Part shown: positions 48,812 to 62,175 of the stretch, in pieces
Layout: each line of letters starts with the position of its first letter
Numbering within the stretch: position 1 is the first letter of the stretch
NCBI GenBank assembly: GCA_951406725.2
Contig: OX597822.1
Location: forward strand, 91,636,001 to 91,700,000
Direction: 5' to 3'
Length of the DNA: 64,000 bases
Source of the DNA: Octopus vulgaris
Lineage: Eukaryota
Translations under genes and position numbers: made by a program
The notes under the pieces: generated by a model
The model's input: the letters and a program-made list of their open reading frames with translations, nothing else
Told to the model about the DNA's origin: nothing
Databases searched by the model: none

Positions 48812-51714
48812 TTAATATAAATAATAATAATAATAATATCAATAATATCAATAATAACAGTAATAATGAGAATGATACTAACAATAATAATAGAAATAAA
48901 AATGAAAATGATAGAAATAAAAATAATAGTTATATGAAATAAAAAAAAATAATAATATTTCTACTAACCAAAACTCAAACACCTATAATGATAATAATAT
49001 TATTGAAATTGATGAGGTGCGTGATATAAATGATATTAGGACTAATAATACTGAATATTACTGAATACAGTTCCAGTACATATGCGCACATAGATACTAC
49101 TTGTATATATGATGGTAATAAGATAAACATATGATAAGGGGGTGGAGGAAAAATTGGAAACAAACAGTCAAAACCATAACTTACCTAATAATATAATTAT
49201 AGATAAGGATGATACTATTAATGTTAATAATGGTTTAAATAATAATAATAAAAGCAACTTGTTTCCAAATAATACTAATATCAAAAATGATTCCACTTGT
49301 AATTGTAGAACCAAGTCCCACTGTCCAGTATCTAGTCGGTGTCTGGTCCAAAACGTAGTATATAAATGTACAGTAATGACTTCAAATAACTTTATTTACT
49401 TCGGTTGCACAATAGATTTGAAGAAATGTATAAACAATCACAATTCATCTTTTAGACTTAAACATAAGGCAAGTTGCACAACATTATCTAATAAAATTTG
49501 GAGTTAAAAGAAAAGAAAATTAGATTTAGCCTTAAATGGGACATAATAAGAAAGGCACAACCTTATAAAAATAGTAAAGATGGATGTGAGCTTTGCTCTA
49601 TGGAAATATATGAAATTTTGAAACATAGAGATAATGTAAACTTATTAAATAACCATTTTGAACTAGAAGTATCGTGTATACATTTAAATATTCTTAAATT
49701 TTAGATCTTAATGTTTTTTTAAAAAATCAATAAGGAAATAGCATACTCTACTACTTTTTATTATTTAATCAGCAATGGTTATTAAGAAATTTAATAACAT
49801 AAGCAAATTGAATAAAGTTGAATAAAATTTTTTAAATTTCTATAATTATTACATGAATTCTATATATCTAATGAAGTTATTAAGTTGTATACTTAATGCA
49901 CAATAAGTTTTAAAGATTTGGTAATTTTCATATCTATTTCTGCGAGAATTCTACTCCACCTAATCCTTTTTCAATATTATAAATATTACCTCTGATAAAC
50001 CTAAATTATTATACCCCATATAACAACACTTCACTCTTAATACAAAATATAAATTGAATATTTCTATTTTCATTTTTTTTAAAATTTACATTTTGGTTAC
50101 CTCCCTTCCATTGTATTTTAAAGATTTTGGTATGTGAGCCAATTAATGCCTTATTTACTGAGAATCTCCTCATAAAAAGATCTTCTAAATGCCTGTAATT
50201 AATATTCAAAACCTGATAAAGAATAGATAACAATATCTAAGTTACTTGGTTTTTATTTCTCTAAAACAACTCTACCCTCATGATCTTTGTATGTATTAGA
50301 AAGCTTTATAAATAGATTATAAATAAATAAGAAAATAACATTTTATAAGTACCAATTAATAATTATAAATTATCATATAAGGAATAATAATAGCATTTTC
50401 TTAAATCTATAAACGATGATGATGATGATGAGAACCCAAAATTTTATATAAGTTTTATTAATAATATAACTTTTGTCCAATAACTTGATCATTTCTTTAC
50501 CTGGTATTAAACACAAGTCATTTATGGTAATTCTCATGATAAGTAAATATAAATTTTAGTCTAAAAATTATAGAATTTTAAGAAAATTTCTTCTTACAAC
50601 TTACCTCACCTATTAATATAAATAAGCTAGGTATATTTTATAATAAGTTTTTAGAACGCATATCTGTTCTACCCCTTGTCTATAATATTCTTCAGGAATT
50701 TATATTTATTTTTCATTATGCTCATTTACATTTCTTTATTTTAATTTTAAACCATTTTTTCTTACTTATTTACTTACTATATCATTTTATTTATAATATA
50801 TTTCTGTAAATTTCATACTCAACCTCATAAAGAACCATACTGATATATATTTCACTATTTATTTTATAATACAAGAAATATGTTCTAAGATTATTAGCAT
50901 ATAGAAAATATATAAATTTTTAACATATTCCTTTAATTTAACTTATTAATACCAAGTTTATATAAATATGGAATTGTTTCTACATTCTCCATCCCTATTG
51001 TGTAAAATACTGAAATTATTCTGAGTTTTTTGTGTGTGGATAAAAACGCCCTAAAATGTAACTATACATTTCAAATTATTGCTGAGTTTATGGTTGTTAG
51101 ATAGTTAAGCAATATAAGTTTTACTCTCCCTACCCCATCAGCTTAAGCCTGAAAATTTTGGCTGAAATATATTCTTACTGACCCCCCCCCCCCCCCCCGA
51201 ATGGTTTCTACTTCAAAGAGAACTTGATTTATGACTCCACCACTTAAACTGTCTTTTTACTCTATCCATAAAAGATAGACTCTAGTTTCAATTAGTTTTG
51301 ATAAACTAGTATATAAATTAGAACTAACCCCCACCACCATCCAGGAGTAAATCGAAATAACAAATTAAAATCAATGATAAGCAGTGTCTTCCTGTGAAAA
51401 AATATCAGTTACAACTATGATGTAGTTGATGAAACATGTTCTTTGTCTATCTACTTATCCTCTTTGTGATTTTGGTTAAAAGAATAATTATACAAATGAA
51501 TCCTTTGAATTTAACTAAATTCTATATTTTTATGCAGCTGAAGATTGCTCTACATTTTAAAACTGATGTAATATTTGCATTGTTTAATTAAATGGAGTCG
51601 CATGAAACGATCATACTGCATTACCTCTGGATATCCTTGTTGCTTATTTTGATTATATATATATATATATAAATGTACGCATGTTTTTCCAGTGTTTACA
51701 AATAACACACAAAA

Positions 51715-51945
51715 ATATATAAACAGTTACCAGGGTAGCAAAAATTCACACAAGTAACAAGGATGTAACAACCTATTTATAAAGGTAGAAACTCCAGGTT
51801 TAGGTGAAATGTTTTGTATAATATAGATAAATAAATAAATGGAGTTAAATGCAGGTGTTATTTAACTTCTTTTACTTCTGACATATGTTTCGAAGACAAC
51901 ATTGGTATTATTCCAGAAGGAATAAAATGGTGTAAAACAATGCAC
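51715..51945 (-). mobile_element. PLE pLTR fragment, same family as 13200-13440, with hammerhead 3' half
   Basis: Minus strand reads cattgttttacaccattttattccttctggaataata..tcttcGAAAcatatGTCagaagtaaaag. Confidence 0.7.
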
Positions 51946-52002
51946 ATATATATATATGTGTGTATATATATATGTACGCATATATATAAATACATATATA
52001 TA

Positions 52003-52390
52003 TAGGTGCAGGAGTGGCTGTGTGGTAAGTAGCTTGCTTACCAACCACATGGTTCTGGGTTCAGTCCCACTGCGTGGCAGCTTGAGCAAGTTTCTTCTAC
52101 TATAGCCTCAAGCCGATCAAAGCCTTGTGAGTGGATTTGGTAGATGGAAACTAAATGAAGCTCGTTGTGTGTGTGTTTGTTTGTCTGTCTGTGTTTATAC
52201 CCCCACCATCACTTGACAACTGAGGCTTGTGTGTTTATGTCTTCATAACTTAGCGGTTCGACAGAAGCGACCAATAGAATATGTACTAGGCTTACAAAGA
52301 ATAAGTCCTGGGGTTGATTTGCCCAACTAAAGTTGGTGCTCCAGCATGGCCACAATCAAATGACTGAAACAAATAATAGAATAAAAGAAA
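52003..52390 (+). mobile_element. Family-1 SINE, full length
   Basis: Head aggtgcaggagtggctgtgtggtaag and standard tail. Confidence 0.85.
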
Positions 52391-52441
52391 GAAAATATAT
52401 ATATGAATAATATATATTTATCTATATCTATCTATCTATGT

Positions 52442-52518
<77 letters not shown>

Positions 52519-52547
52519 TATACATATAGATACACACACAATATATG

Positions 52548-52586
<39 letters not shown>

Positions 52587-52615
52587 TATACATATAGATA
52601 CACACACAATATATG

Positions 52616-52651
<36 letters not shown>

Positions 52652-53034
52652 ATAGTTTTGAATGGAAAGGGGTTGCTCTTTCACAGGGATGTATTCTATC
52701 CAAGCATGCACTGGTTTAGCTCCACCTTGATTAATATACTTGGAATTCATTAATTTGTATTAGTATTAGTGTTAACACTTATGAAATTCCAGTAGTTGTG
52801 ATAGATGTTTTCATCCATTCGATATAGGAGTATAGAATTTCAATAATATAATATGAGGAAAATGGAGAGTTTGAACACAGAACAAAATCAGTTTATTTAT
52901 ATAATAGTCAATTCCATATTGACTACATACATTTCACTTTCTTACCTTCATTCATATTTTGTAATTAAGATTGCATTATATTATTTATATTATTTACATT
53001 TGATGAATATTTGTCCTCATCTTGGTTGTTGTTA

Positions 53035-53078
53035 ACACAACATTTTGGCTGATATACCCTCCAGCTTTCATCAGGTGT
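53035..53078 (-). ncRNA. Decayed minimal hammerhead in a Penelope pLTR fragment
   Basis: acac CTGATGA a agctg-gagggtatat-cagcc AAAA t GTT gtgt. GAAA is mutated to AAAA. Confidence 0.5.
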
Positions 53079-53154
53079 CTTGGGGAAATTTTGAAACTGG
53101 TATTTTCCGATGTTGCTGTTGTTATTGCTGTTATTATTATTATTATTATTATTA

Positions 53155-53193
<39 letters not shown>

Positions 53194-53259
53194 TCACTGC
53201 CTGGAATTGAACTCAGAATCTTGGGGTTAGTAACCTGTGCTTAGTAACCTGTGCTCACA

Positions 53260-53755
53260 GGGGGAGGTGGTCTCCATTTTTCTATACATGATCAGCTATA
53301 CTCGATTTATCAATATCTCCTTGTGTCATAGCTTTGCGATGTTTGTCTACCCTTATTTTGAGAGGGTGGCATGTTTCGCTTTTGTATAACCTACCCCAGC
53401 TGCATGGGATGAAGTACACGCAGTTTTTCGTCATATTTTCTTCTATTGGTGGTTTTACTCGGAGATATTTGCTAAGTGTTGTATTACTCTTGAATACTGT
53501 CCTGATGTCATATGGGCCACATATCTTTTGTATCTTTTCAAAGAGGCCTTTCAGATAGGGTAAACAGACTGTGGACAGTTTATTGGTTTCATCCTCTCTT
53601 TTTTTCATAATTGGAATGGATAGTATGTGTTGAGGGTAGTTATTTCTTAATAGACTGTTTCTTAGTTTGATCATTTCTTCGTGGTTGGTATCATGATCGC
53701 TACTTATATATATGAATGTTGCCTTGGCAGAGGTTTGCACTCTCTGGGTGCTCAC
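53260..53755 (-). mobile_element. Penelope/Poseidon-type PLE C-terminal fragment (thumb and GIY-YIG)
   Basis: LRNNYPQ..VCLPYLKGLFEKIQKICGPYDIRTVFKS..NCVYFIPCSWGRLYKSETCHPLKIRVDKHRK..KSSIADHV. Confidence 0.8.
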
Positions 53756-53779
53756 TGGAATTTACGTTTGATACATAGT

Positions 53780-54640
53780 ATTTTAATTTTTGCTTGTATC
53801 TTTCTTCATTCATATAGTTCCTATCATTAGTGTTATTCTTTGGTCCATAGTATTTTGACTTTTGCTTATATCTTGCCTTATTTAGTGCTATATTAAAATA
53901 ATCTACATTCTGTTTTAAAATTTCCTCATTTGTCCAGTGATTTAAAATCCTTTTGAAATATTTTCAACTAGTCTAAGTGTAATGCTTTTTGGATGGTTAC
54001 TACTTATGTCAATGTATTTTAGGTTGGTATTTGGCTTATGGTAGGGTTTATATATTTCTAATCTCCTATTAGACAGGTTATCTAGTGCAAAAAGTGCATT
54101 ATCACTGTATAAACTGCCCTCTAGCTCCCGAAATTTCTTAAGTCAAATAATATATTCCCACTAAATCTGTGACCTGTGCTGAGTCAGCAGATCTCATTGT
54201 AATATCAAAGCTATCAGTGTCCTTTCTTACTCAATATTTATAATCATATTTTATAATGGTTTTCCTTGCTGCTAATATTATGTGGATTAGAATTCTTTTT
54301 TTGCAAACAAGAGAGCCTTGTTTAGTAGTATAGAGTGAATTGATGAATAGTAACTGTCTATATCAATTTGTATAAGTTTTTTACTCTTTTTGTTGTCTAA
54401 TGTATAAAACCAGTCTATTATTTCTTGTATGTTAAACCATAGTTTTAATTTTAGTAGGTCTCTCTTTTTTTTCCGAGGTCAGACTTGCCTGAGAGGATTA
54501 ATCTAATGCTAAGGTTACTGTTAAAATTGTGTCTGTGGTTTTTAAGATTACTGTAGGTCCCATCCACTGGGATGGGAATGAATTTTTGTCAACTTTTGCC
54601 GTTATGAGATTTTTTACCTTAATTGCAAACTATGAATGAA
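53780..54640 (-). mobile_element. Decayed Naiad-type PLE reverse-transcriptase fragment
   Basis: IRLILSGKSDLGK, SFDITMRSADSAQVTDLVGIY and IYKPYHKPNTNLKYIDISSNHPKSI..ISKRI..NEENF match Naiad RT and thumb motifs. Confidence 0.7.
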
Positions 54641-54736
54641 GGTAAGAAGCTGAAATGTATGTAGGTGATATGAAATTGACAATGACATAAATAAATTGAT
54701 TTTTTTTTCTGTGTTCAAACCTTCCATTTTCCTTAG

Positions 54737-54893
54737 TGGTTGTGTGGTAAGAAGCTTGTTTACCAACCACATGGTTCCAGGTTAAATCCCACTGCATGGC
54801 ACCTTGGACAAGTATTTTCTACTATAGCCTTGTGCCAACCAAAGCCCAGTGAGTGGATTTGGTAAATGGAAACTGAAAGGAACCTTTCGTATA

Positions 54894-54937
<44 letters not shown>

Positions 54938-55143
54938 TACATATGTATTTGTGTGTCTGTTTTTGTACCCCCACCATTGCTTGACAACAGATGCTGGTGT
55001 GTTTACATCCCCATAACCTAGCAGTTCAGTAAACGAGGCCGATAGAATAAATACTAGGCTTACAAAGAATAGGTCCTGGGATGATTTGTTTGACAAAAGG
55101 CAGTGCTCCAGCATGGCTTCAGTCAAATGACTGAAACAAGTAA
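54737..55143 (+). mobile_element. Family-1 SINE
   Basis: gtggttgtgtggtaagaagcttg...gtgctccagcatggcttcagtcaaatgactgaaacaagtaa. Confidence 0.8.
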
Positions 55144-55192
55144 GAGCATACAGTTCTATATTTAAGAGATGAGGAACTATGTGCATTATTTA

Positions 55193-55301
55193 CATTATTT
55201 ACATTCAACGGATATTTGTCCTCATGTTGTCTGTTGTTAACACCAAACAAGTGTTAACAACAAACAAGGTGAGGACAAATATCTGTTGAATGTAAATAAT
55301 G
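55193..55301. repeat. 51-bp-arm fold-back palindrome of Penelope pLTR sequence
   Basis: cattatttacattcaacggatatttgtcctca..gttaacac, loop caaacaa, gtgttaac..tgaggacaaatatctgttgaatgtaaataatg. Arms are homologous to 52990-53038. Confidence 0.8.
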
Positions 55302-55654
55302 CAAGTAAAAGATTGACTGCATTTGCATGGCTGAAATGAATAAAAGAATATATATACAATATATGATATATGATATCATATATGATATAATGTCTGTCTG
55401 TGTATGTGTGCATCATTAAAACTCAAGAACTACCCAACGGATTTCATTCAAATTTTACACATGCCTTACTTAGGGTCTATGCAGTATCAAACAAATTTTC
55501 AACTTCTTGCCTAATGTGAGCCCGTAGCAATCTCTTATCTCTTACACTGTTTCTGTATTGTGTCAAAAATGTAACACTAACATCTCTATTAATATTTTCA
55601 CTATTATATAGTTTCAATTTCATTTTCAGTTACTTTCATTATGTATCTATATCG

Positions 55655-55712
<58 letters not shown>

Positions 55713-55724
55713 ATATATACATAG

Positions 55725-55786
<62 letters not shown>

Positions 55787-55934
55787 ATATGTATATATAT
55801 GTATGTATATGTATATATATGTATACATATATATATATGTGTATATATATATATATGTATATATGTACATATATATATGTGTGTGTGTATATATGCATGT
55901 ATATATATGTGTATGTATATATATATATATATAT

Positions 55935-56220
55935 ATTTCGACCAGACAATCACATGTTGTTACACATCACTGGTCACAATGCGTTTGCATTGTTTTAGCC
56001 TTCGAATGACGCCACCCCGCTGGCTAAGCAAGCAGGCCAACAGAAGGGAGAGTGGGAGAAAGAGTGGTGAAAGAGTACAGCAGGGATCACCACCACCTGC
56101 CGGCACCTCGTGGACCTTTTAGGTGTTTTCGCTCAATAAACACTCACAACGCCCGGTCTGGGAATCGAAACCGCGATCCTACAACTGTGAGTCTGCTGCC
56201 CTAACCACTGGGCCATTGCG
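55935..56220 (-). mobile_element. tRNA-derived SINE (distinct family)
   Basis: Minus-strand head cgcaatggcccagtggttagggcagcagactcacagttgtaggatcgcggtttcgattccc has A and B boxes and continues into a non-tRNA body. Confidence 0.75.
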
Positions 56221-56235
56221 TATATTATATATATA

Positions 56236-56266
<31 letters not shown>

Positions 56267-56269
56267 GGA

Positions 56270-56642
56270 GACGCGGGCATGGCTGTGTGCTAAGAAGCTT
56301 GCTTGCCAACCACATTGTTCAGGATTCAGTCCCTGAGCAATTTCTACTATAGCCTTGGGCTGACCAAAGCCATGCCAGTGGATTTCGTTGGCAGAAACTG
56401 ATTGAAGTATGTCCTCTAAATATTATGTGTGTGTATTAGTGTGTATGTTTATACCCCGTCCATCACTTAGAAACTTATGTTGGTGTGTTTACGTCCCCAT
56501 AACTTAGCAGATCAGCAGAAAATATTGATAGAATAAGCACCAGGCTTACAAAGAATATGTCCAGTGGTTGATTTCTTCAACTAAAAGGCAGTGCTCCAGC
56601 ATGGCCACACTCAAATTACAGAAACAAGTAAGAATAAAAGAG
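56270..56642 (+). mobile_element. Diverged family-1 SINE
   Basis: gcatggctgtgtgctaagaagcttgc...gtgctccagcatggccacactc..aagtaagaataaaagag. Confidence 0.7.
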
Positions 56643-56732
56643 TAATATATACACACACACACTCAGACAGACACACACATACACACACACATATATATAA
56701 TATTGAGGTCTCATTCTTTCGTTGTCATTATA

Positions 56733-57096
56733 TCTCTATATATATAAGCGGCAAAATGTTTGTGTGTGTGTCCTCTCTACAAATCCACAATTTTTCAGTT
56801 AGAGGGCTCACACTTTTTATGGTCATTTAAAACGATCCAAGGGTGGTCGTGCACATCTTTACATTTCCCCAGTCACCCTGCAAAGCCATTAAAAAATTAA
56901 TAGAAGTGACTGTTTTGTAAATTTTCTATCCAAAACCCAATCAAAATGCCTGAAAATTGATATGCCAATTGAATGCCAGCTAGCTGTATGTGATTGGTCA
57001 GAGATTTGGACAGTACTTGTGTGCATGTGCACACGCACGCAGCTGTATATGTATGCACTAGCACAATGACCCGGTAACGCCAGGTCATAGTGCTAG
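56733..57096 (+). mobile_element. Non-autonomous Helitron (364 bp)
   Basis: 5' end A|TCTCTATATATATAAG; subterminal hairpin tgacccggtaacgccaggtca; 3' end CTAG|T. Confidence 0.75.
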
Positions 57097-57134
<38 letters not shown>

Positions 57135-57244
57135 TAAAATAACAACAATAAAAAGTAACAACAAAAGAATGAGATCTCGATATTAGATAAATGGAGGATA
57201 TTATATATGTTATAATTTAGAATAAACAATAAAAAGTTGTCATT

Positions 57245-57303
57245 ATAGTACTCAGAGTTTCGAATGTCAATGTGACTAGCTACAATGCATTCTCATCGGC
57301 TAT
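57245..57303 (-). ncRNA. Hammerhead motif with CCGA core variant
   Basis: Minus strand reads atag CCGATGA gaatg...cattc GAAA c-tctga GTA ctat. All three stems can form. Confidence 0.65.
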
Positions 57304-57560
57304 TAATGGCAATAGATGCTATGAAAAACCGTTGAATAAAAGGTAAGTCACTCTAATAGGTAGAAAAAGAAAAAAGGAAAAATGATAAAAAATACACGCA
57401 ACCATATTCTCACAATACATAGACATAAACCTCCAGTGTTCACAACGTCTATATATGTACACACTCACACAAACATGTCAATGTACATGCACATACACAC
57501 ACACAAACATATATGTGTATGTACGTACTCATACACACATATCCACACACACATACGCAC

Positions 57561-57607
<47 letters not shown>

Positions 57608-57610
<3 letters not shown>

Positions 57611-58396
57611 GAGCAAAATGCCCCCCCCCTGTCCAATGGACGGTGCTGAGTTGTCAAACATTTAAACCAAATTTTCTCAAAACAACTTCTCCGCCCATCC
57701 CATAGGCCTCCCCTTTGAGAAACACTGATTTAACCTAAATTTGAGACAACAGCAAAAGAAGAAATAAAGATAGACTTTTTTCTATTCCAAAGAAAAACGA
57801 TTTTATGCAACAGAAGAGTTTAAAGTACCAGTAATGATAAGGCTGTTGACTGGGAGAACACAATATGGTAAATCATTTATTAGCAAGAAAATAGCATTTT
57901 CTTCCTTGAATAAAAAGCAATCAGTGTTTTCTTTTCATTAAAAAATAATTAAGCATGCCTTTATTTCAATAAAATTTTTGGTTTTGTTAAACGAAGTTAA
58001 GGCAAAAAAAACTTCTTGAGAAACCAAATAGTCTTTCCTTCCTTCATACCAAGTTTGAAGAAAATATCTCTTTTGCATCTTAGTTTTTTGGTCTCTTAAA
58101 TATACTGCATTTTGTGGAATTATTTCAAGCCAGTCGGCTTTCTTTGTGCAAACTTAATGTGCATTTCTCTCGTGTACACGTAGTATCGATCACAACAGCT
58201 GATGTACTTGCACGTACAAATGCACATTCCCACGTCTTTATCGATCACATCCTCACCTGCAATCGATTTTTGTAATTTTTTCAAGACTCATACACACCAT
58301 GATACTGTCAGTATCTACATATCAAATTTGAGCGCAATCGGACGGAGGATGCCCGAGATCCTAGAAGACACACTCACAGACAGACAGAACAGATTT

Positions 58397-58405
<9 letters not shown>
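57608..58405 (-). mobile_element. Probable non-autonomous Helitron-like element
   Basis: Minus strand begins tatataaaatctgttctgtctgtctgtgagtgtg and contains ccgattgcgctcaaatttg. It ends with a GC hairpin (ccgtcc-att-ggacag) and ...ctcgt; (TA)n on both sides. Confidence 0.5.
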
Positions 58406-58429
<24 letters not shown>

Positions 58430-58436
<7 letters not shown>

Positions 58437-58503
58437 GTATATTTGTACACAACCTCATCCTCATATACACATGTGTTTTGCATGCATACACGCATAACAT
58501 AAT

Positions 58504-58543
<40 letters not shown>

Positions 58544-60086
58544 TTACACACACATATACACCCTCTTATCACACACCTACACACGCACACACATATATAC
58601 ATATAAAATATATACATGCATATACATATACTCACACATGTACACATTCGCACAATTAAAAAGGGAAAAGGAAAAAATGAAAAATATATAAAAAATTAAA
58701 AATTAAAAGACGTTAAGACATATGGGAAGCTTGTGCAGAAACATTTGTTTGTTCTGCAACCATAGTTTAATATATTTGTCTTATTTAATTGAGCACTTCT
58801 ATAGCAGTCTTATTAAACATTTTGTTTAACACCACTGACCAAATATAAATAAATAGGGAAAATAATCTTATTCAAAAATACAGACCACAACTTAACATAC
58901 TCTAACATGCCCCCCCCCCAGGTACACATCCAAAACAAACACACACAGAAACACATACAGATATACAAAATCACACACACACAAAAACAATGCCAACCTC
59001 CAACGCAAACACACATGCACAAACACAATATCCTCACACTAGAACACAAACCCACACACATCCCAAGAAAAAACACATACATATATACACTTGCAACATG
59101 ATTTTAGCAACCGTAACCAACACTTTTGCACACATATACACATATGTGAACACGGACATGCACACACCTACACACACCACCCTGAAATTACAAATCAAAT
59201 TCACACAAACACACCCACACATACACAGATACACAAACAAACACGCAACTACAACACAACTCACACAAACACACACACATTTACACACACCTGTACACAC
59301 ACACACACACACAATATGCCCGCACCCCAGTATTAAAATAACACACACACATTCAAAAGAAAAAACACATATACACTCACATTACAATCACAACAATCAC
59401 GACAAACGTTCACAAACATACATACACACAAGCATACACACAATGACACACACCTCCCCGACAAATACAAGACACATAAACACACCCACACAAACACACC
59501 TACACATATACACACACAATGCACTAACAATACAAACAAAACAAATCACTCACAAATGCAACACAGACTTGTGCACACACACACACACACACACACACAT
59601 GGAAACTACAGAACTACATAAACCATACCCACATATACACACACAACCACATAATCAATACCAACACACACAAAACGCATATACACACACCACCCAGATA
59701 AACCCAACACACATGGACACACAGAACCCCTGATAAATACAACACACTTACAAACACATACACATCCACACATACCCACACACATACATATGCACCCTCA
59801 CACACACACATACGGTTGCTCACACACACACACTCACCTACAAACACTAAACATCCCCAACAACACAAAAAATACACAAGCATACACACGCAACCACAGA
59901 TGCACACATACACACACTCGCGCACACGCAACACCCTAACAAACACTAACCACACACACACACAAGCGTGCACATATATATACACACACCATCCTACCAA
60001 ATATTGAACACACAGAGACACATTTACATAAACCACAATAAACCCTGGGACCAATCAAAAGCGGCCCACACACACACAAACACATG

Positions 60087-60117
<31 letters not shown>

Positions 60118-60170
60118 TCACACCATATCTGACCTCTAAAGATATATACACACACTCACACCATTCTGAC
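58430..60170. repeat. 1.7-kb cryptically simple CA-rich, G-poor tract
   Basis: Imperfect (CA/CAAA/CATA)n throughout; source of the His/Thr-rich pseudo-ORFs. Confidence 0.8.
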
Positions 60171-60481
60171 CTCTAAAGACTGATCCCCAAAACCACTGAA
60201 CCTTGAAAGAAAGCAAAAACTTCTTTTCAATCCCACATTGCTCTTCCTTCCCCCCACCCAAACAGATCCCATAAACTGTCCCTTGAAATAGAAAATAATC
60301 CTTTACCATAAAATGGTGAAACAGGTCAGTTCATCCCAAATTCTTTGTAAACTAAATATATCTCCGTCTGTGTATATATATATACTACCAAAATATGACC
60401 TTTTTGAACTCATAATTTTCTGTGTATATATATAGATACTTCCAAACAAACATGATTTCTATTGAAATTCTAATAGGTTTT

Positions 60482-60806
60482 ATGAACTTTTTAATATTTT
60501 CTCAAAATATTTTTTCTGTAAACTGTTTTTAACATTTTCTTATTATTATCAAAGAATGTATATATGTATTGTAATTTTTTGTGCCCAATATTTTAATGAA
60601 CTTTTTAATATTTTCCCAAGATTTTTCCTTGTAAATTGTTTTTAACATGCTTATTATTATTAAAGAATGTATATATGTATTGTAATTTTTTGTGCCCAAT
60701 ATTTTAATGAACTTTTTAATATTTTCCCAAGATTTTTCCTTGTAAACTGTTTTTAACATGTTTATTATTATCAAAGAATGTATATATATATTGTAATATT
60801 TTGTGA
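60482..60806. repeat. 111-bp tandem repeat, about 3 units
   Basis: aaagaatgtatatat recurs at 60551, 60662 and 60773. Confidence 0.85.
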
Positions 60807-60925
60807 CAACCAGTACCTAACACAACCAAGCTTTTACATGTTACTTTTGACAATCTTTTTCTAAAAAAGTGAAACCAGTCAAGTGAATAAACATCTATTA
60901 AAATTGCATTTTGAAACCTTCTTTC

Positions 60926-60959
<34 letters not shown>

Positions 60960-60960
<1 letters not shown>

Positions 60961-61280
60961 TATTCCTTTACTTGTTTCAGTTATTTTACTGCAGCTATGC
61001 TGGAGCATCACCTTTAGTTGACTAAATCAACCCACGGACTTATTCTTTGTAAGCCTAGAACTTATTCTATAGGTCCCATTTGCCAAACTGCTAAGTGATG
61101 GGGATAAAAATATACCAACATCAGTTATCAAGTGATGGCGAGGGGTGGGGGGACAATAATAAACACATACATATATATATACATATATATATATATAACA
61201 GGCTTCTTTTAGTTTCTGTCTACCAAATACTTTCACAAGGCTTTGGTCGGCCTGAGGCTATAGGAGAAGCCACTTGCCCA
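60960..61280 (-). mobile_element. Family-1 SINE lacking head
   Basis: tttacttgtttcagt..gctggagcatcacctttag...acaaggctttggtcggcctgaggctatag..cacttgcccaa. Confidence 0.75.
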
Positions 61281-61950
61281 ATATACTCCTCATATATTAT
61301 CCCATCTAAGGGATAATAAATATCCAATATACTACTGGATATATACCTATTTATATCCAAATGCTTATTGTTGCAAGGCAATAGTGCTATTGGAGGGAAA
61401 CAAAAAGTTTAACCAGAATTTATTAGTCAAGGAAGAAAATGATGAAAATAACTGACAAACATCAGCTAACAAATATCAACTAGATCTATTTATTAATAGC
61501 AAATGAATAAATGAATAAATAAATATAAATGAGTGAATGTAACTCTACTCTTACAGCTGTTTCTAGTTTGGAGGTCTATCATGCCAAAGTCGACACATGA
61601 TACAAAAATTATACAAAGATTGGACAAAAATTGAACAAAGATTGGACAAAAATTGAACCCCAAAACTGCATCAACATGTCCATGATGGTAAGAATTAAAC
61701 AAGAAAGTAAAAGAAAAAAAATAATAAAATAATAAAAAAAATAGTAAAAAAGTAAATTCCAGAGGTTGTGAGATCACATCTTATTTCAATCTAATATGGG
61801 AGATAATATGGATAAAATGTTATAGGCTGGGGTTAATGGAATGATACATGTAACAGTTAAAAACTAAAAACTATGCAAAAGAATAGCAATAAAATAATTT
61901 AAATAACGGTAATAAATCTCTGAGCAAGATGTAAACAGTAAGCGCTCGAC

Positions 61951-62175
61951 AACGTAAAGTATACTAGCCATCTCAATATGGCTAACCACTAGGGGTGGGT
62001 GTTACTGTAGCTTTTAAGCCCCAGGAGATCATTGTCTCCAGCTGGCTTTAGACACAATTTCTGTGCCCGTGTGTCTAAAGCCAGCTGGAGACGATGATCT
62101 CCTGGGGTTAAAAAGCTACAGTAACACCCACCCCTAGTGGTTAGCCATATTGAGATGGCTAGTATACTTTACGTT
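61951..62175. repeat. Near-perfect 106-bp-arm palindrome with 13-nt loop
   Basis: 61951-62056 is the reverse complement of 62070-62175 with only a few mismatches. Confidence 0.92.

Noticed and set aside
55604-56122. YIYI/VCVC/HTHT ORFs here and elsewhere in the ORF track
   Set aside because: Translations of (TA)n, (TG)n and (CA)n microsatellites.
56150-56220. Functional tRNA gene
   Set aside because: A and B boxes are present, but the acceptor stem is not closed and the sequence continues into a SINE body. The same applies to the other SINE heads.
58990-59733. 247-aa His/Thr-rich protein
   Set aside because: Translation of a CA-rich simple tract with few possible stop codons; no splice or domain support.
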